Positions 32,717-42,634 of a stretch of DNA of 64,000 nt are shown piece by piece. Source of the stretch: an uncultured delta proteobacterium (GTDB lineage Bacteria > Desulfobacterota > Desulfobacteria > Desulfobacterales > JAFDCJ01); NCBI GenBank assembly GCA_963769935.1, contig CAVYNY010000016.1, forward strand, positions 288,001 through 352,000. The letters run 5' to 3'. The notes under the pieces are model-generated. The model had not been told where the DNA came from, searched no databases, and worked only from the letters and a program-made list of their open reading frames with translations. Within the stretch, counting starts at the first letter, position 1; every line of letters starts with the position of its first letter. A program made the translations under genes and the position numbers.

Positions 32717-35700
32717 ATGAAACTTCGCACGCAGTTGCTTTTAGGTTATGCAGCGCTCTTTGCGCTGATGATCATCGTCGCGGCGGTCACTTACCAGAGC
32801 ACCAACGCGCTTGTCGAGACCCAAGGCCTGGTCACGCAGACCCATCTTATAAACACCAAGGTGCGACTATTGATGCGCTTGATGGTGGACATGCAGACCG
32901 GGATTCGAGGCTACGCGCTGACCGGCAGGGATGAATTTCTGGAACCCTATGAGGCGGCCAAAGCTTCCTATGGGATAACGATCTCCGAAATTAAAGACAT
33001 GATCACCCACAACCCGTCCCAGTCGACCCAATTAAACGAAATCGAAGCGCTGGCCGTCCGCTGGCAGAAAGAGGTCGCGCTGCCGGTTATTCAGGCCAGA
33101 AGAGATATTGTGACCGGTCCACCCGGCGCCGACATGAGCAGGGTTATTGCCCTGGTCGAGCAGCAAACCGACCGAACGACAATGAATATAATCCGCGACA
33201 ACATCACGCAGTTCGTCGATGCACAGAGCGGACTTCTTACCCAGCGGGAAATCAGCACCCGGCAGGCCGCCGCGCGCAGTATCTGGATCGTGGTCTTTGG
33301 TACCGGCCTCGCCGTCGTTTTGGGAACGGGTGCCATGGTTTATACCATCCGTGCCATCATGCAACAGGTGGGTGGCGAGCCGAGCGCGATTGCCGGAATT
33401 GCAGAGCAGATTGCGCGCGGCAACTTGGACGTGAAGAACGTGACCGAGGCCCGGGCCGCGACCGGCATAAACGCCGCCATAGGGGCCATGCTGATCTCGC
33501 TCAGGGAAAATCGGGCTCAAATCCAGCTGAAGGACTGGCTTAAGACGGGGACCGCACGGCTGAACGAGGCTATGCGCGGCGATCCGGAAATCGACACGTT
33601 GGCCTCAAAGGTGATTTCCGAGGTTTGTTCCTACCTCGACGCCCAGATAGGCGCTTTTTATCTCGCGCAGGAGACTGCCACACCGGTGCTGTCGCTTCTA
33701 ACCAGTTACGCCTACCCCAAACGCAAAGATCTGTCCAATATTTTCAAACCGGGAGAGGGGCTCGTCGGACAGGCGTTCCTGGAAAAACGGCAGATTCTCG
33801 TCAGCAAAGTGCCTGCGGACTATGTCAAAGTGACCTCCGGCCTGGGTGAACACACCCCCCGGTTCATCTGCGTGACCCCGTTCCTGTACGAAGGCCGCGT
33901 AAAGGGCGTTGTCGAAATAGGGACGCTTTACGAAATAACCGACCGCGAACTGGAATACTTGGCGCAGGCGATGCCCGCACTCGGGGTGGCCGTCGAAAGC
34001 GCCCAGAGCAGAACGCGGCTGGCCAGCTCGCTGGAGGAATCCCAGCAGCTTTCCGAGGAGCTGCAGGCTCAGCAGGAAGAGCTTAAAACCGCCAACGAAG
34101 AGCTGCAGGAGCAAGCCCAGCGACTCGAGGAGTCCGAGGAAAAACTTAAGACCCAGCAGGAAGAACTCCAGGCCAGCAACGAAGAATTGGAAGAAAAGAA
34201 CGACCTGCTGGAACGTCAGAAAAGGGAAGTCCAGCTGGCCGGAAAGGACATCGAGGACAAGGCCGAGAAACTGGCTTTGGCCAGCAAATACAAATCCGAG
34301 TTCCTGTCGAATATGTCCCACGAGCTCAGGACGCCCCTGAACAGCCTGTTGCTCCTGGCCCAGGGTCTGGCGCAAAACAAGAACGGCAATCTGACCGACG
34401 AGCAGGTTGAATCCGCAGGGATCATCCACGCAGCCGGCAGCGACCTGCTCAACCTGATCAACGAGATCCTCGATCTTTCCAAGATTGAGGCCGGACGCAT
34501 GGATTTGCACATCGGCAAAGTGCCCGTGAGCGATCTGGCGGACGGTGTCAGGACCTCTTTCGGGCACATGGCTCATGACAAGGGCCTGGAGCTCGAAGTC
34601 ATCGTGGACCAGGAGGCACCAGCCGAGATCACCAGCGATCGAAAACGCCTGGAGCAGATTATCCGCAACCTGGTTTCAAATGCTATCAAGTTCACGGAAA
34701 ATGGGAACATCCAGGTCATTTTCAGCCGACCGGCCCCATCGGGCGATCTGGTCAACAGCGGGCTTATCTCCAGCGAATGGCTGGCCATTGCGGTCAAGGA
34801 CACCGGCATCGGCATCACTTCTGAACAGCAGAAGGTCATTTTCGAAGCGTTTCAGCAGGCAGACAGCGGAACGGCAAGAAAATATGGAGGAACGGGCCTG
34901 GGGCTTTCCATTTCAAGGGAACTCATACGCCTTTTGGGTGGTGAAATTCAGCTCGAAAGCAAGCCGGGTAGTGGATCGACCTTCACAATATACCTTCCTG
35001 TCGCTGTGTCGGCAAACCGCAAGGTCGCCCCGAGCCGTACCGCCACGGTCACTGTCTCCAGGGCCGATGAGAGCATATCGCACGGCTTGAGGCGGCCGAA
35101 ACCTGCTGTCGTTCAGATAGAAGACGACCGCCAACAGCTGGGAAAAGACGACCGCATCATCCTGATCATCGAGGACGATGCCAACTTTGCCCGTCTGCTC
35201 CATAAGAAGTGTCAAGAAAAGGGCTTCAAATGCCTGGCTGCACCCACCGGAGAGGCCGGACTGGAGCTCGCACAAGAGTACCTGCCCAGTGCGGTGATCC
35301 TCGATATCCGCCTTCCCGGCATGGATGGCTGGGACGTGCTGAGCGCGCTCAAAGAAAACACCAGGACCCGCCACATCCCGGTGCATATCGTCTCCGTTGA
35401 GGAAACCTCTACCGAAGCCCTGCGCAAGGGTGCGGTCGGACACGCCACTAAACCGCTCGGCCAGGAAGATCTTGAAGAAACCTTCCATAGGATCGAACAG
35501 GTTTCGGCTGCCGGACCGAAGCGTCTGCTGGTAGTAGAAGACGACCCGAAGATCCGCGCTGCGACCGTCAAGCTGATCGGCAATGGGGACGTGAAGGTGG
35601 ACGAAGTCGCAAACGCGGCCGAGGCCTTTGAAGCGCTGCGTTCCTCCCGCTACGATTGCGTGGTTATGGACCTGGGGCTGCCGGACATGGACGGTGGTGA

Positions 35701-36319
35701 ACTGCTCGCCAGGCTCGAAAGCGAAGGCGTGAATCTGCCTCCTGTGATCGTCCACACCGCCCGCGACCTCACCCGTGAAGAGGAAGCCGATATCCGCGAA
35801 CGGGCAGAGTCCATCGTCATTAAGGACGTCCGATCCCAGGAGCGGTTGTTGGACGAAGTATCGCTCTTTTTGCACCGGGTCGTGGGCCGGATGTCGGAGA
35901 ACAAGCGCAAGATCATCCGCTCCCTGCACGACACGGACGAGGCGCTGCGGGACAAAAAAGTGCTTGTAGTGGACGACGACATGCGCACGACATTTGCCGT
36001 GTCGCGTCTCCTGGCCGAACGGGGAATGCTGCCGATCAAGGCCCAAAACGGTGAGCGGGCACTACAGCTGCTCGACGAGCATCCAAACACGAACCTGGTG
36101 CTCATGGACATCATGATGCCCGTGATGGACGGCTACGACGCCATAAACCGGATCCGTGCCCAGGAAAGATTCCGCAACCTGCCGATCATCGCGCTGACGG
36201 CCAAGGCCATGCCGGAGGATCGCGCCAGATGCCTGGCGTCCGGTGCCAGCGACTACCTGACCAAGCCGGTAGACCCGGGGCGTCTGATCTCCATGATGCG
36301 GGTATGGCTTTACCGATAG
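32717..36319 (+). CDS. Hybrid histidine kinase: CHASE3, GAF, coiled coil, HisKA, HATPase, three REC domains
   Basis: DMQTGIRGYALTG, MSHELRTPLN, NAIKFT, DTGIGI, GGTGLGL, three receiver blocks. Confidence 0.95.
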   Translation: MKLRTQLLLGYAALFALMIIVAAVTYQSTNALVETQGLVTQTHLINTKVRLLMRLMVDMQTGIRGYALTGRDEFLEPYEAAKASYGITISEIKDMITHNPSQSTQLNEIEALAVRWQKEVALPVIQARRDIVTGPPGADMSRVIALVEQQTDRTTMNIIRDNITQFVDAQSGLLTQREISTRQAAARSIWIVVFGTGLAVVLGTGAMVYTIRAIMQQVGGEPSAIAGIAEQIARGNLDVKNVTEARAATGINAAIGAMLISLRENRAQIQLKDWLKTGTARLNEAMRGDPEIDTLASKVISEVCSYLDAQIGAFYLAQETATPVLSLLTSYAYPKRKDLSNIFKPGEGLVGQAFLEKRQILVSKVPADYVKVTSGLGEHTPRFICVTPFLYEGRVKGVVEIGTLYEITDRELEYLAQAMPALGVAVESAQSRTRLASSLEESQQLSEELQAQQEELKTANEELQEQAQRLEESEEKLKTQQEELQASNEELEEKNDLLERQKREVQLAGKDIEDKAEKLALASKYKSEFLSNMSHELRTPLNSLLLLAQGLAQNKNGNLTDEQVESAGIIHAAGSDLLNLINEILDLSKIEAGRMDLHIGKVPVSDLADGVRTSFGHMAHDKGLELEVIVDQEAPAEITSDRKRLEQIIRNLVSNAIKFTENGNIQVIFSRPAPSGDLVNSGLISSEWLAIAVKDTGIGITSEQQKVIFEAFQQADSGTARKYGGTGLGLSISRELIRLLGGEIQLESKPGSGSTFTIYLPVAVSANRKVAPSRTATVTVSRADESISHGLRRPKPAVVQIEDDRQQLGKDDRIILIIEDDANFARLLHKKCQEKGFKCLAAPTGEAGLELAQEYLPSAVILDIRLPGMDGWDVLSALKENTRTRHIPVHIVSVEETSTEALRKGAVGHATKPLGQEDLEETFHRIEQVSAAGPKRLLVVEDDPKIRAATVKLIGNGDVKVDEVANAAEAFEALRSSRYDCVVMDLGLPDMDGGELLARLESEGVNLPPVIVHTARDLTREEEADIRERAESIVIKDVRSQERLLDEVSLFLHRVVGRMSENKRKIIRSLHDTDEALRDKKVLVVDDDMRTTFAVSRLLAERGMLPIKAQNGERALQLLDEHPNTNLVLMDIMMPVMDGYDAINRIRAQERFRNLPIIALTAKAMPEDRARCLASGASDYLTKPVDPGRLISMMRVWLYR

Positions 36320-36329
36320 GGGCAAATCT

Positions 36330-37178
36330 ATGGAGCGCAGGAACGTTGTGAATGACGGCCAAATAGAACGAATCGAGCTCGATCTCCTGCTGGAGGCTGT
36401 CTACCGGCGCTATGGCTATGATTTCCGTTCATACGCCCGGGCATCCATCCGGCGCCGGACCAGACTCTTTCTTTCGAAACTCGGATACGCATCGGTATCC
36501 GAAATAATTCCGATGATCCTACGTGACAGGGAGCTGTTTAACCGGCTCGCGCATTATTTTTCAATTGCGGTAACCGAAATGTTTCGCGACCCGTTCGTCT
36601 ATAAAGCGGTGCGGAACAAGGTGATCCCGGTGCTCAGAACCTGGCCGCATTTTAAAATCTGGCATGCCGGGTGTGCGACAGGCGAAGAAGTCTATTCGTT
36701 GGCCATCGTGCTCAAAGAAGAAGGCGTTTACGAACGGGCCACCATTTATGCCACCGACTTCAATGACGAGGCCCTGGAACAGGGCCGGGAGGGAATTTTC
36801 GAGATCGGAAAATTGCAGGAGGCCACCCGAAACTACCAGCAGGCGGGCGGCAAAGCCTCGCTTGGAGAGTACTACCACGCGCGCTACGATGCTGCGGCCA
36901 TGGATTCGGCTCTTAAGGAACGCATCGTCTTTTCCGGACATAACCTGGCATCTGACAGCGTTTTTGGAGATATGCATCTGGTCTTCTGCCGCAACGTGCT
37001 CATCTACTTTAACCGCGAACTCCAGAACCGGGCGCTGGGACTTTTCACGGAAAGTCTGGTGCACGGAGGATTCTTGTGCCTGGGAACGAAGGAGGACCTG
37101 CAATTCTCAAATGCAAGCGGCAGCTACGACATCGTGGATGACGAGGCGCGCATCTACAAAAAGAAGAATGTGGCGTGA
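36330..37178 (+). CDS. cheR: CheR-family methyltransferase
   Basis: YGYDFRSY, VTEMFRDP, IWHAGCATGEE, CRNVLIYF. Confidence 0.93.
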   Translation: MERRNVVNDGQIERIELDLLLEAVYRRYGYDFRSYARASIRRRTRLFLSKLGYASVSEIIPMILRDRELFNRLAHYFSIAVTEMFRDPFVYKAVRNKVIPVLRTWPHFKIWHAGCATGEEVYSLAIVLKEEGVYERATIYATDFNDEALEQGREGIFEIGKLQEATRNYQQAGGKASLGEYYHARYDAAAMDSALKERIVFSGHNLASDSVFGDMHLVFCRNVLIYFNRELQNRALGLFTESLVHGGFLCLGTKEDLQFSNASGSYDIVDDEARIYKKKNVA

Positions 37179-37810
37179 GCACTGAAGAAATCCAACGGGT
37201 GGCCCGCGACGGGCAATACAAAGCCATTTTGATGGGAGGGTCGGCCGGCGGCCTGGAGGCGCTCGAAATAATCCTGTCCGCCCTTCCTTCGGATTTTGTG
37301 ATGCCGGTGCTCGTGGTCCAGCACCTTCACGCGAGCGATGGCGGATCATTCTCAAAACATCTTGCCCGCACAATTCATCTTCTGGTGGTCGAGCCCTGCG
37401 ACAAGGAACGAATCGAACAGGGGCGCATCTATACCGCACCGGCCAACTACCACATGCTCGTGGAGCGCGACGGCACCATTGCGCTTTCGGTCGACGAACG
37501 GATCAACTGGTCGCGGCCTTCCATCGATGTGCTCTTCGAAAGCGCTGCTACCGCCTGGGGAGCCGGGCTTGTCGCCGTCATTCTTTCCGGCGCCAGCGCC
37601 GACGGAGCAAGGGGCATGCAAGCGGTCAAAATGGCTGCTGGTCTCACCATTGCTCAGGAACCTGCCAGTGCGAAACATCCGGTCATGCCCCAAGCGGCGA
37701 TTGATATCGGTGCGGTGGACCAAGTGTTGCGGCCGGCGGAAATCGGGCAGCTGTTGGCCGAGCTTAGCGAGCAGAACAAATCACGGGCTGTTAGGCTGCA
37801 CAAAGTGTAA
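37175..37810 (+). CDS. cheB: CheB methylesterase (catalytic domain only)
   Basis: GGSAGG, VQH, RPSIDVLFES, ILSGASADGARG, MP. Confidence 0.92.
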   Translation: MSTEEIQRVARDGQYKAILMGGSAGGLEALEIILSALPSDFVMPVLVVQHLHASDGGSFSKHLARTIHLLVVEPCDKERIEQGRIYTAPANYHMLVERDGTIALSVDERINWSRPSIDVLFESAATAWGAGLVAVILSGASADGARGMQAVKMAAGLTIAQEPASAKHPVMPQAAIDIGAVDQVLRPAEIGQLLAELSEQNKSRAVRLHKV

Positions 37811-37835
37811 AATGGGCTTATGGGAGGACCTAAAG

Positions 37836-40160
37836 ATGACCGATAAACAGAAGATCTTGATCGTAGACGACATGCAAGAGAACCTCGTCGCCCTCCGGCA
37901 GGTCCTTAGCGAGCTCGATGCCGAACTAATCGAAGCCACCACAGGTAATCAGGCTCTCACCGCCACACTCGACCACCACTTCGCTGTGGCGATCCTGGAT
38001 GTGATGATGCCGGGGATGAACGGGTACGAATTGGCCGAGCACCTGCGGGGGGATAAAAAAACCCAGGTCATCCCGATCGTGTTCGTTACCGCATCCTACG
38101 CGGACGAACATCACCAATTTAAGGGCTATCAGGCGGGTGGTATCGACTATATCGTAAAACCCTACGCCCCTGAAGTCCTGCTCGGCAAGGTGAAAGTGTT
38201 TCTCGAGATGGACCGCGACAAGCGCGAGTTGCAAAGGCACCGCGACCACCTCGAGGCGCTGGTTGCCGAGCGAACTGCCGCGCTGGAAGAGCGGGTCAAG
38301 GAGGTCAAGTGTCTTTACGCAATTTCCAGCCTGGTCGCCAAGCCGGGTGAATACATCGAAAAGGCACTGCAGGATGCGGTGGGCCTGATTCCGCAGGGCT
38401 GGCAATATCCCGATGTTGCCTGCGCCCGGATTTCCTTCGAAGGACAGAAATTCATTACAAGCAACTTCAGAAAGACAGTTTGGAAACAATCCACCGACAT
38501 CGCGCTCACCGGCGAGGCCGTCGGAAAAGTGGAGGTTTTCTACCTCGAGGAAAGGCCCGCATGTGACGAAGGACCGTTCCTCAAGGAGGAAAGGGAACTG
38601 ATCGACGACATCGCCAGACAACTCGGCGTGATGATCCAGCGGGAAAAGGCGGAATGGGAGAGGGAACGACTGCTCTCGGCCATCGAGCAGGCCGGTGAGA
38701 TGATCGTCATCACCGATTCCCAGGGAGACATCCAATATGTCAACCCGGCTTTTAACCGGACAACGGGCTATAATCGCCAAGAGGCACTCGGTCAAAACCC
38801 GCGCCTGCTCAAAAGCGGCCAGCAGGACCAGGCCTTCTATCGGAATTTATGGCAAACCATCTCCGGCGGCCGCTTCTGGCAGGGACGCATGGTGAATAAG
38901 CGCAAGGATGGAACCCTCTTCACCGAGGAGGCGACGATTTCCCCGGTTCGCGACGCTTCGGGACCGATCGTCAGCTATGTGGCCGTGAAACACGATATCA
39001 CGGAACAACTGAAACTGGAGGCCCAGTTGCAGCAAGCACAAAAATTGGAATCCGTGGGCAGGCTGGCCGGCGGTGTGGCCCATGACTTTAACAATCTCTT
39101 GTCGGTGATCCTGGGTTACGGCGAAATTGTTCTGGAGAAACTGGAGGGGGGGCATCCTCTCAGGGAACCGTTGCAGGAGATTTATGAGGCTGCCAATCGC
39201 GCCAAAGACCTGACGCGCCAGTTGCTGGCCTTCAGCCGCAAACAGGTTCTGGAAGTGCGTGTCGTTGACATCCGCCATATCGTATCTGGTTTTGACAAGC
39301 TCTTGCGGCGCATGATCGGCGAAGACATCGAGCTCATGCTGGAGCTGGGCTCTGCGTCATTGCCCGTCAAAGCCGATATCTCCCAAATAGAACAGGTGCT
39401 GATGAACCTGGCCGTCAACGCCCGCGACGCCATGCCCGATGGCGGCACTTTGCGCATCGAGACCTCCGCGACAGAGCTTGATCAGACCTATGCCGCGGAA
39501 AAACCCGGCGTGACACCCGGCCCCTATGTTATGATCGAGGTGAGCGATACGGGCACAGGGATGGACAGCAAGATCTTGGAACGTCTCTTCGAGCCCTTTT
39601 TCACAACCAAGGGTGTGGAAAAGGGCACCGGTCTGGGGCTGGCCACTTCATACGGCATTATCAAGCAGCACGAGGGCAATATCTGGGTTTACAGTGAACC
39701 GGGCCGGGGAACTGTCTTCAAAATCTACCTGCCTCTGGCCGTTGAGACAGAAAAGCCGGCAACCCCCGCCCCGGTACGGCCGGAACCGATTGCCGGCACG
39801 GCGACGATCCTTGTGGTTGAAGATGATCTCTCCGTGCGCAAGCTGACATGCAGCATCCTGGCCGCCAAGGGATATCGGGTGCTAACGGCTCAAAGCGCGA
39901 AAAACGCCGTCGAAATGGCGCAACACCACGATTCGCCTGTTCACTTGCTGATCACCGATGTGGTCATGCCGGGCATGAATGGCCCTGAAGTGCATCGTCG
40001 CATCGCAGAATTCCATCCTCAGGTCAAGGTGCTTTACATGTCCGGTTATACGGGAGATATGATCACTCGCCAAGGTATTTTAAACGAGGGCATTCACTTC
40101 ATCCCGAAACCTTTCACGGTCAACCGGCTGCTGGAGAAGGTGGCCCATGTTTTAAGTTGA
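37836..40160 (+). CDS. REC-PAS hybrid histidine kinase with C-terminal REC
   Basis: GGAGG RBS; KILIVDD, PAS, AHDFNNLL, NARDAMP, GTGLGL, TDVVMP. Confidence 0.93.
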   Translation: MTDKQKILIVDDMQENLVALRQVLSELDAELIEATTGNQALTATLDHHFAVAILDVMMPGMNGYELAEHLRGDKKTQVIPIVFVTASYADEHHQFKGYQAGGIDYIVKPYAPEVLLGKVKVFLEMDRDKRELQRHRDHLEALVAERTAALEERVKEVKCLYAISSLVAKPGEYIEKALQDAVGLIPQGWQYPDVACARISFEGQKFITSNFRKTVWKQSTDIALTGEAVGKVEVFYLEERPACDEGPFLKEERELIDDIARQLGVMIQREKAEWERERLLSAIEQAGEMIVITDSQGDIQYVNPAFNRTTGYNRQEALGQNPRLLKSGQQDQAFYRNLWQTISGGRFWQGRMVNKRKDGTLFTEEATISPVRDASGPIVSYVAVKHDITEQLKLEAQLQQAQKLESVGRLAGGVAHDFNNLLSVILGYGEIVLEKLEGGHPLREPLQEIYEAANRAKDLTRQLLAFSRKQVLEVRVVDIRHIVSGFDKLLRRMIGEDIELMLELGSASLPVKADISQIEQVLMNLAVNARDAMPDGGTLRIETSATELDQTYAAEKPGVTPGPYVMIEVSDTGTGMDSKILERLFEPFFTTKGVEKGTGLGLATSYGIIKQHEGNIWVYSEPGRGTVFKIYLPLAVETEKPATPAPVRPEPIAGTATILVVEDDLSVRKLTCSILAAKGYRVLTAQSAKNAVEMAQHHDSPVHLLITDVVMPGMNGPEVHRRIAEFHPQVKVLYMSGYTGDMITRQGILNEGIHFIPKPFTVNRLLEKVAHVLS

Positions 40161-40258
40161 TCAAACGACCGGCATCGGCGACAAGGAATTATAAGTGCAA
40201 AGGTTAAGCTTTGGTGAGCTTCAAAAAGAAGTGCAATTTAACCGAGTTTGAATGGAAA

Positions 40259-42634
40259 ATGGATTTGACGCGAATACCTACCTATGAAGAATTAGAGGAA
40301 CGGGTTCGGGAGCTTGAAAACGCGGAACGCGAACGCAAGGAGGTCGAAGAGGCTCTCCGTCAGGACGTGGACAAATTCCGGCGGTTGTTCGAACTGGAGT
40401 CGGACGCGCTGGTCCTTATCGACAACGCGAACGGCCGCATCCTGGAAGCCAATCGATCGGCGACCGAGATCTATGGCTACAGCCGGAAACAACTGTTAAA
40501 ACTGCGCAATGTCGATCTTTCAGCCGAACCGCAGCGCACCAGTCAGGCCACCCGGGACGAACTGCCGATAGTACCGGTGCGCTACCACCGAAAAAAAGAC
40601 GGGACCGTCTTTCCGGTGGAGATCACGGGGAGCCACTTCGAATGGCGGGGCCGCAAAGTGCACATCGCCGCCATCCGGGAAATCGGCTGGCGCCTGCATA
40701 TTGAGGAGGAGCTTCGGGCAAGCGAACAAAGATACCGGACCCTGTTCGAACGGAATCTAAACCCCATCGCCATCATCGATAGGACCGGCCGGTACATTGA
40801 GGCGAATCCGGCGTTCCTTGAATTTACGGAAAAAACCAAGGAACAACTCCTGCAAATGACCTACTTCGATTTTGCGCCTCCGGGAAAAGAGGATATCCAG
40901 GAAAAGTTAAGTCGCTCGTTTTGGGAAACCGGAGGGACCTTTGAAAAAGAATATTTTATCGACGGAAAGCTGAAAATCCAGGAACTCACCGTCTCGCCCA
41001 TTTCCTACCGGGGGACCGATGCGGTGGTCGGTGTGGGAAAAGATATTACCGAACGCAAGCGGTCCGATGCCAACCGGAAAAAAATGGAAGAAGAACTGAT
41101 AAAACGCAATCAATTCATTGAAACCATTTTGGATAATCTACCCATCGGATTGGCTGTCAACTATATCGATGAAGGAAAAGCAACCTACAGCAATAAAAAG
41201 TTCGAGGAAATATACGGGTGGTCGAAGGAGGAGCTTGATGATGTCGAAAATTTCTTTCAAAAAGTTTATCCGGATCCCGTGTATCGAGAGAAAATAAAAA
41301 GGCAGGTTTTCCAAGATATTCAATCCGGGGATCCGACAAGAATGATTTGGGAGGGCTTGGAGGCAACGGGAAAAGATGGACGCAAAAGGATTATTTTCGC
41401 CAAGAATATTCCTCTCTTAGAACAGAACTTGATGATCTCTACGGTTCAGGACATTACTGAAAGGCAATACTTGCAGAACCGGCTCCAGCAGGCGCAAAAA
41501 CTGGAGGCCCTCGGCACACTGGCCGGCGGTATTGCCCACGATTTCAATAATATTCTGTCGGCGATCATCGGATACACAGAACTTGCGCTGGATTCCCCTG
41601 AAAAGAGCACAACTTTCCACGATAACCTGCAGCAGGTTTTCGCCGCCGGGATGCGGGCGAAAGAACTGGTAAAGCAAATATTGGCCTTTGCGAGACAGTC
41701 GGAAGAAGAGCTCAAGCCGATTCGGCTGGATAAAAGCGTACGTGAGGTGCTTAGATTCATTCGCTCATCGGTTCCCACAACGATCAAAATAGAGCGAAGC
41801 CTGGAGACGGATTCCGTTGTCATGGGCAACGCCACTCAAGTCCATCAGATATTGATGAACCTATGCACCAATGCCGCGCAGGCCATGGAGGCAGAGGGCG
41901 GGGTACTGGAAGTCAGCTTAAAGAGTGCCAAAATTGACGGCAGCTACCAAACAGGAAAAACGATATTGAAGCCGGGAGAATATGTCGAAATCAAGGTGTC
42001 GGACACGGGCGTCGGTATTTCACCTGATATTATCGAGTCCATTTTTGACCCGTATTTTACCACCAAGGGGCCGGGCGAAGGAACCGGCATGGGCCTGGCG
42101 TTGGTTCATGGAATTGTCGAAAGCTACGGCGGGAAAATTACGGTAGACAGCAAACCGGGAGCGGGAACCGTCTTTACGATCTACCTGCCGAAGGTAAAAA
42201 AGCAAAAGGAAATTATCTCTCACGAAGCGGAAATCCTGCCGGGCGGAACCGAACATATTTTGTATGTTGACGATGAGCTTCCTCTCGCCAGCATGGGCGG
42301 CCGCGCCCTTGAAGGTCTGGGTTATACGGTGACGACAAGAACCAGCAGCGAGGAGGCGCTGGAGCTTTTTCGGGCCAAACCGAACGAATTTGATCTGGTT
42401 ATCACCGACATGACCATGCCCCATATGACGGGCGATCAGCTGGCGGCTGAAATGATGAAAATACGGTTTGATATCCCGATTATTCTTTGTACCGGATACA
42501 GCAAAAAAATATCGGGCAAAACAGTATCCGATATCGGTATCAGGGCTTTTGCATACAAACCCATCGTAAGGGCTGATTTGGCCAAAACGGTCCGCAAAGT
42601 GCTGGATGAGGCCAGTCAGAATTCAAAAGCTTGA
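40259..42634 (+). CDS. Multi-PAS hybrid histidine kinase
   Basis: Three PAS-like blocks, [26 protein letters not shown]. Confidence 0.93.
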   Translation: MDLTRIPTYEELEERVRELENAERERKEVEEALRQDVDKFRRLFELESDALVLIDNANGRILEANRSATEIYGYSRKQLLKLRNVDLSAEPQRTSQATRDELPIVPVRYHRKKDGTVFPVEITGSHFEWRGRKVHIAAIREIGWRLHIEEELRASEQRYRTLFERNLNPIAIIDRTGRYIEANPAFLEFTEKTKEQLLQMTYFDFAPPGKEDIQEKLSRSFWETGGTFEKEYFIDGKLKIQELTVSPISYRGTDAVVGVGKDITERKRSDANRKKMEEELIKRNQFIETILDNLPIGLAVNYIDEGKATYSNKKFEEIYGWSKEELDDVENFFQKVYPDPVYREKIKRQVFQDIQSGDPTRMIWEGLEATGKDGRKRIIFAKNIPLLEQNLMISTVQDITERQYLQNRLQQAQKLEALGTLAGGIAHDFNNILSAIIGYTELALDSPEKSTTFHDNLQQVFAAGMRAKELVKQILAFARQSEEELKPIRLDKSVREVLRFIRSSVPTTIKIERSLETDSVVMGNATQVHQILMNLCTNAAQAMEAEGGVLEVSLKSAKIDGSYQTGKTILKPGEYVEIKVSDTGVGISPDIIESIFDPYFTTKGPGEGTGMGLALVHGIVESYGGKITVDSKPGAGTVFTIYLPKVKKQKEIISHEAEILPGGTEHILYVDDELPLASMGGRALEGLGYTVTTRTSSEEALELFRAKPNEFDLVITDMTMPHMTGDQLAAEMMKIRFDIPIILCTGYSKKISGKTVSDIGIRAFAYKPIVRADLAKTVRKVLDEASQNSKA

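Noticed and set aside
34913..36046. Long antisense ORFs (also 13068..14051, 33698..34576, 37926..38795)
   Set aside because: Shadow frames of well-supported genes on the opposite strand
37338..37835. Long N-terminal extension of the hybrid kinase
   Set aside because: Overlaps cheB in another frame; RBS and REC start support ATG 37836
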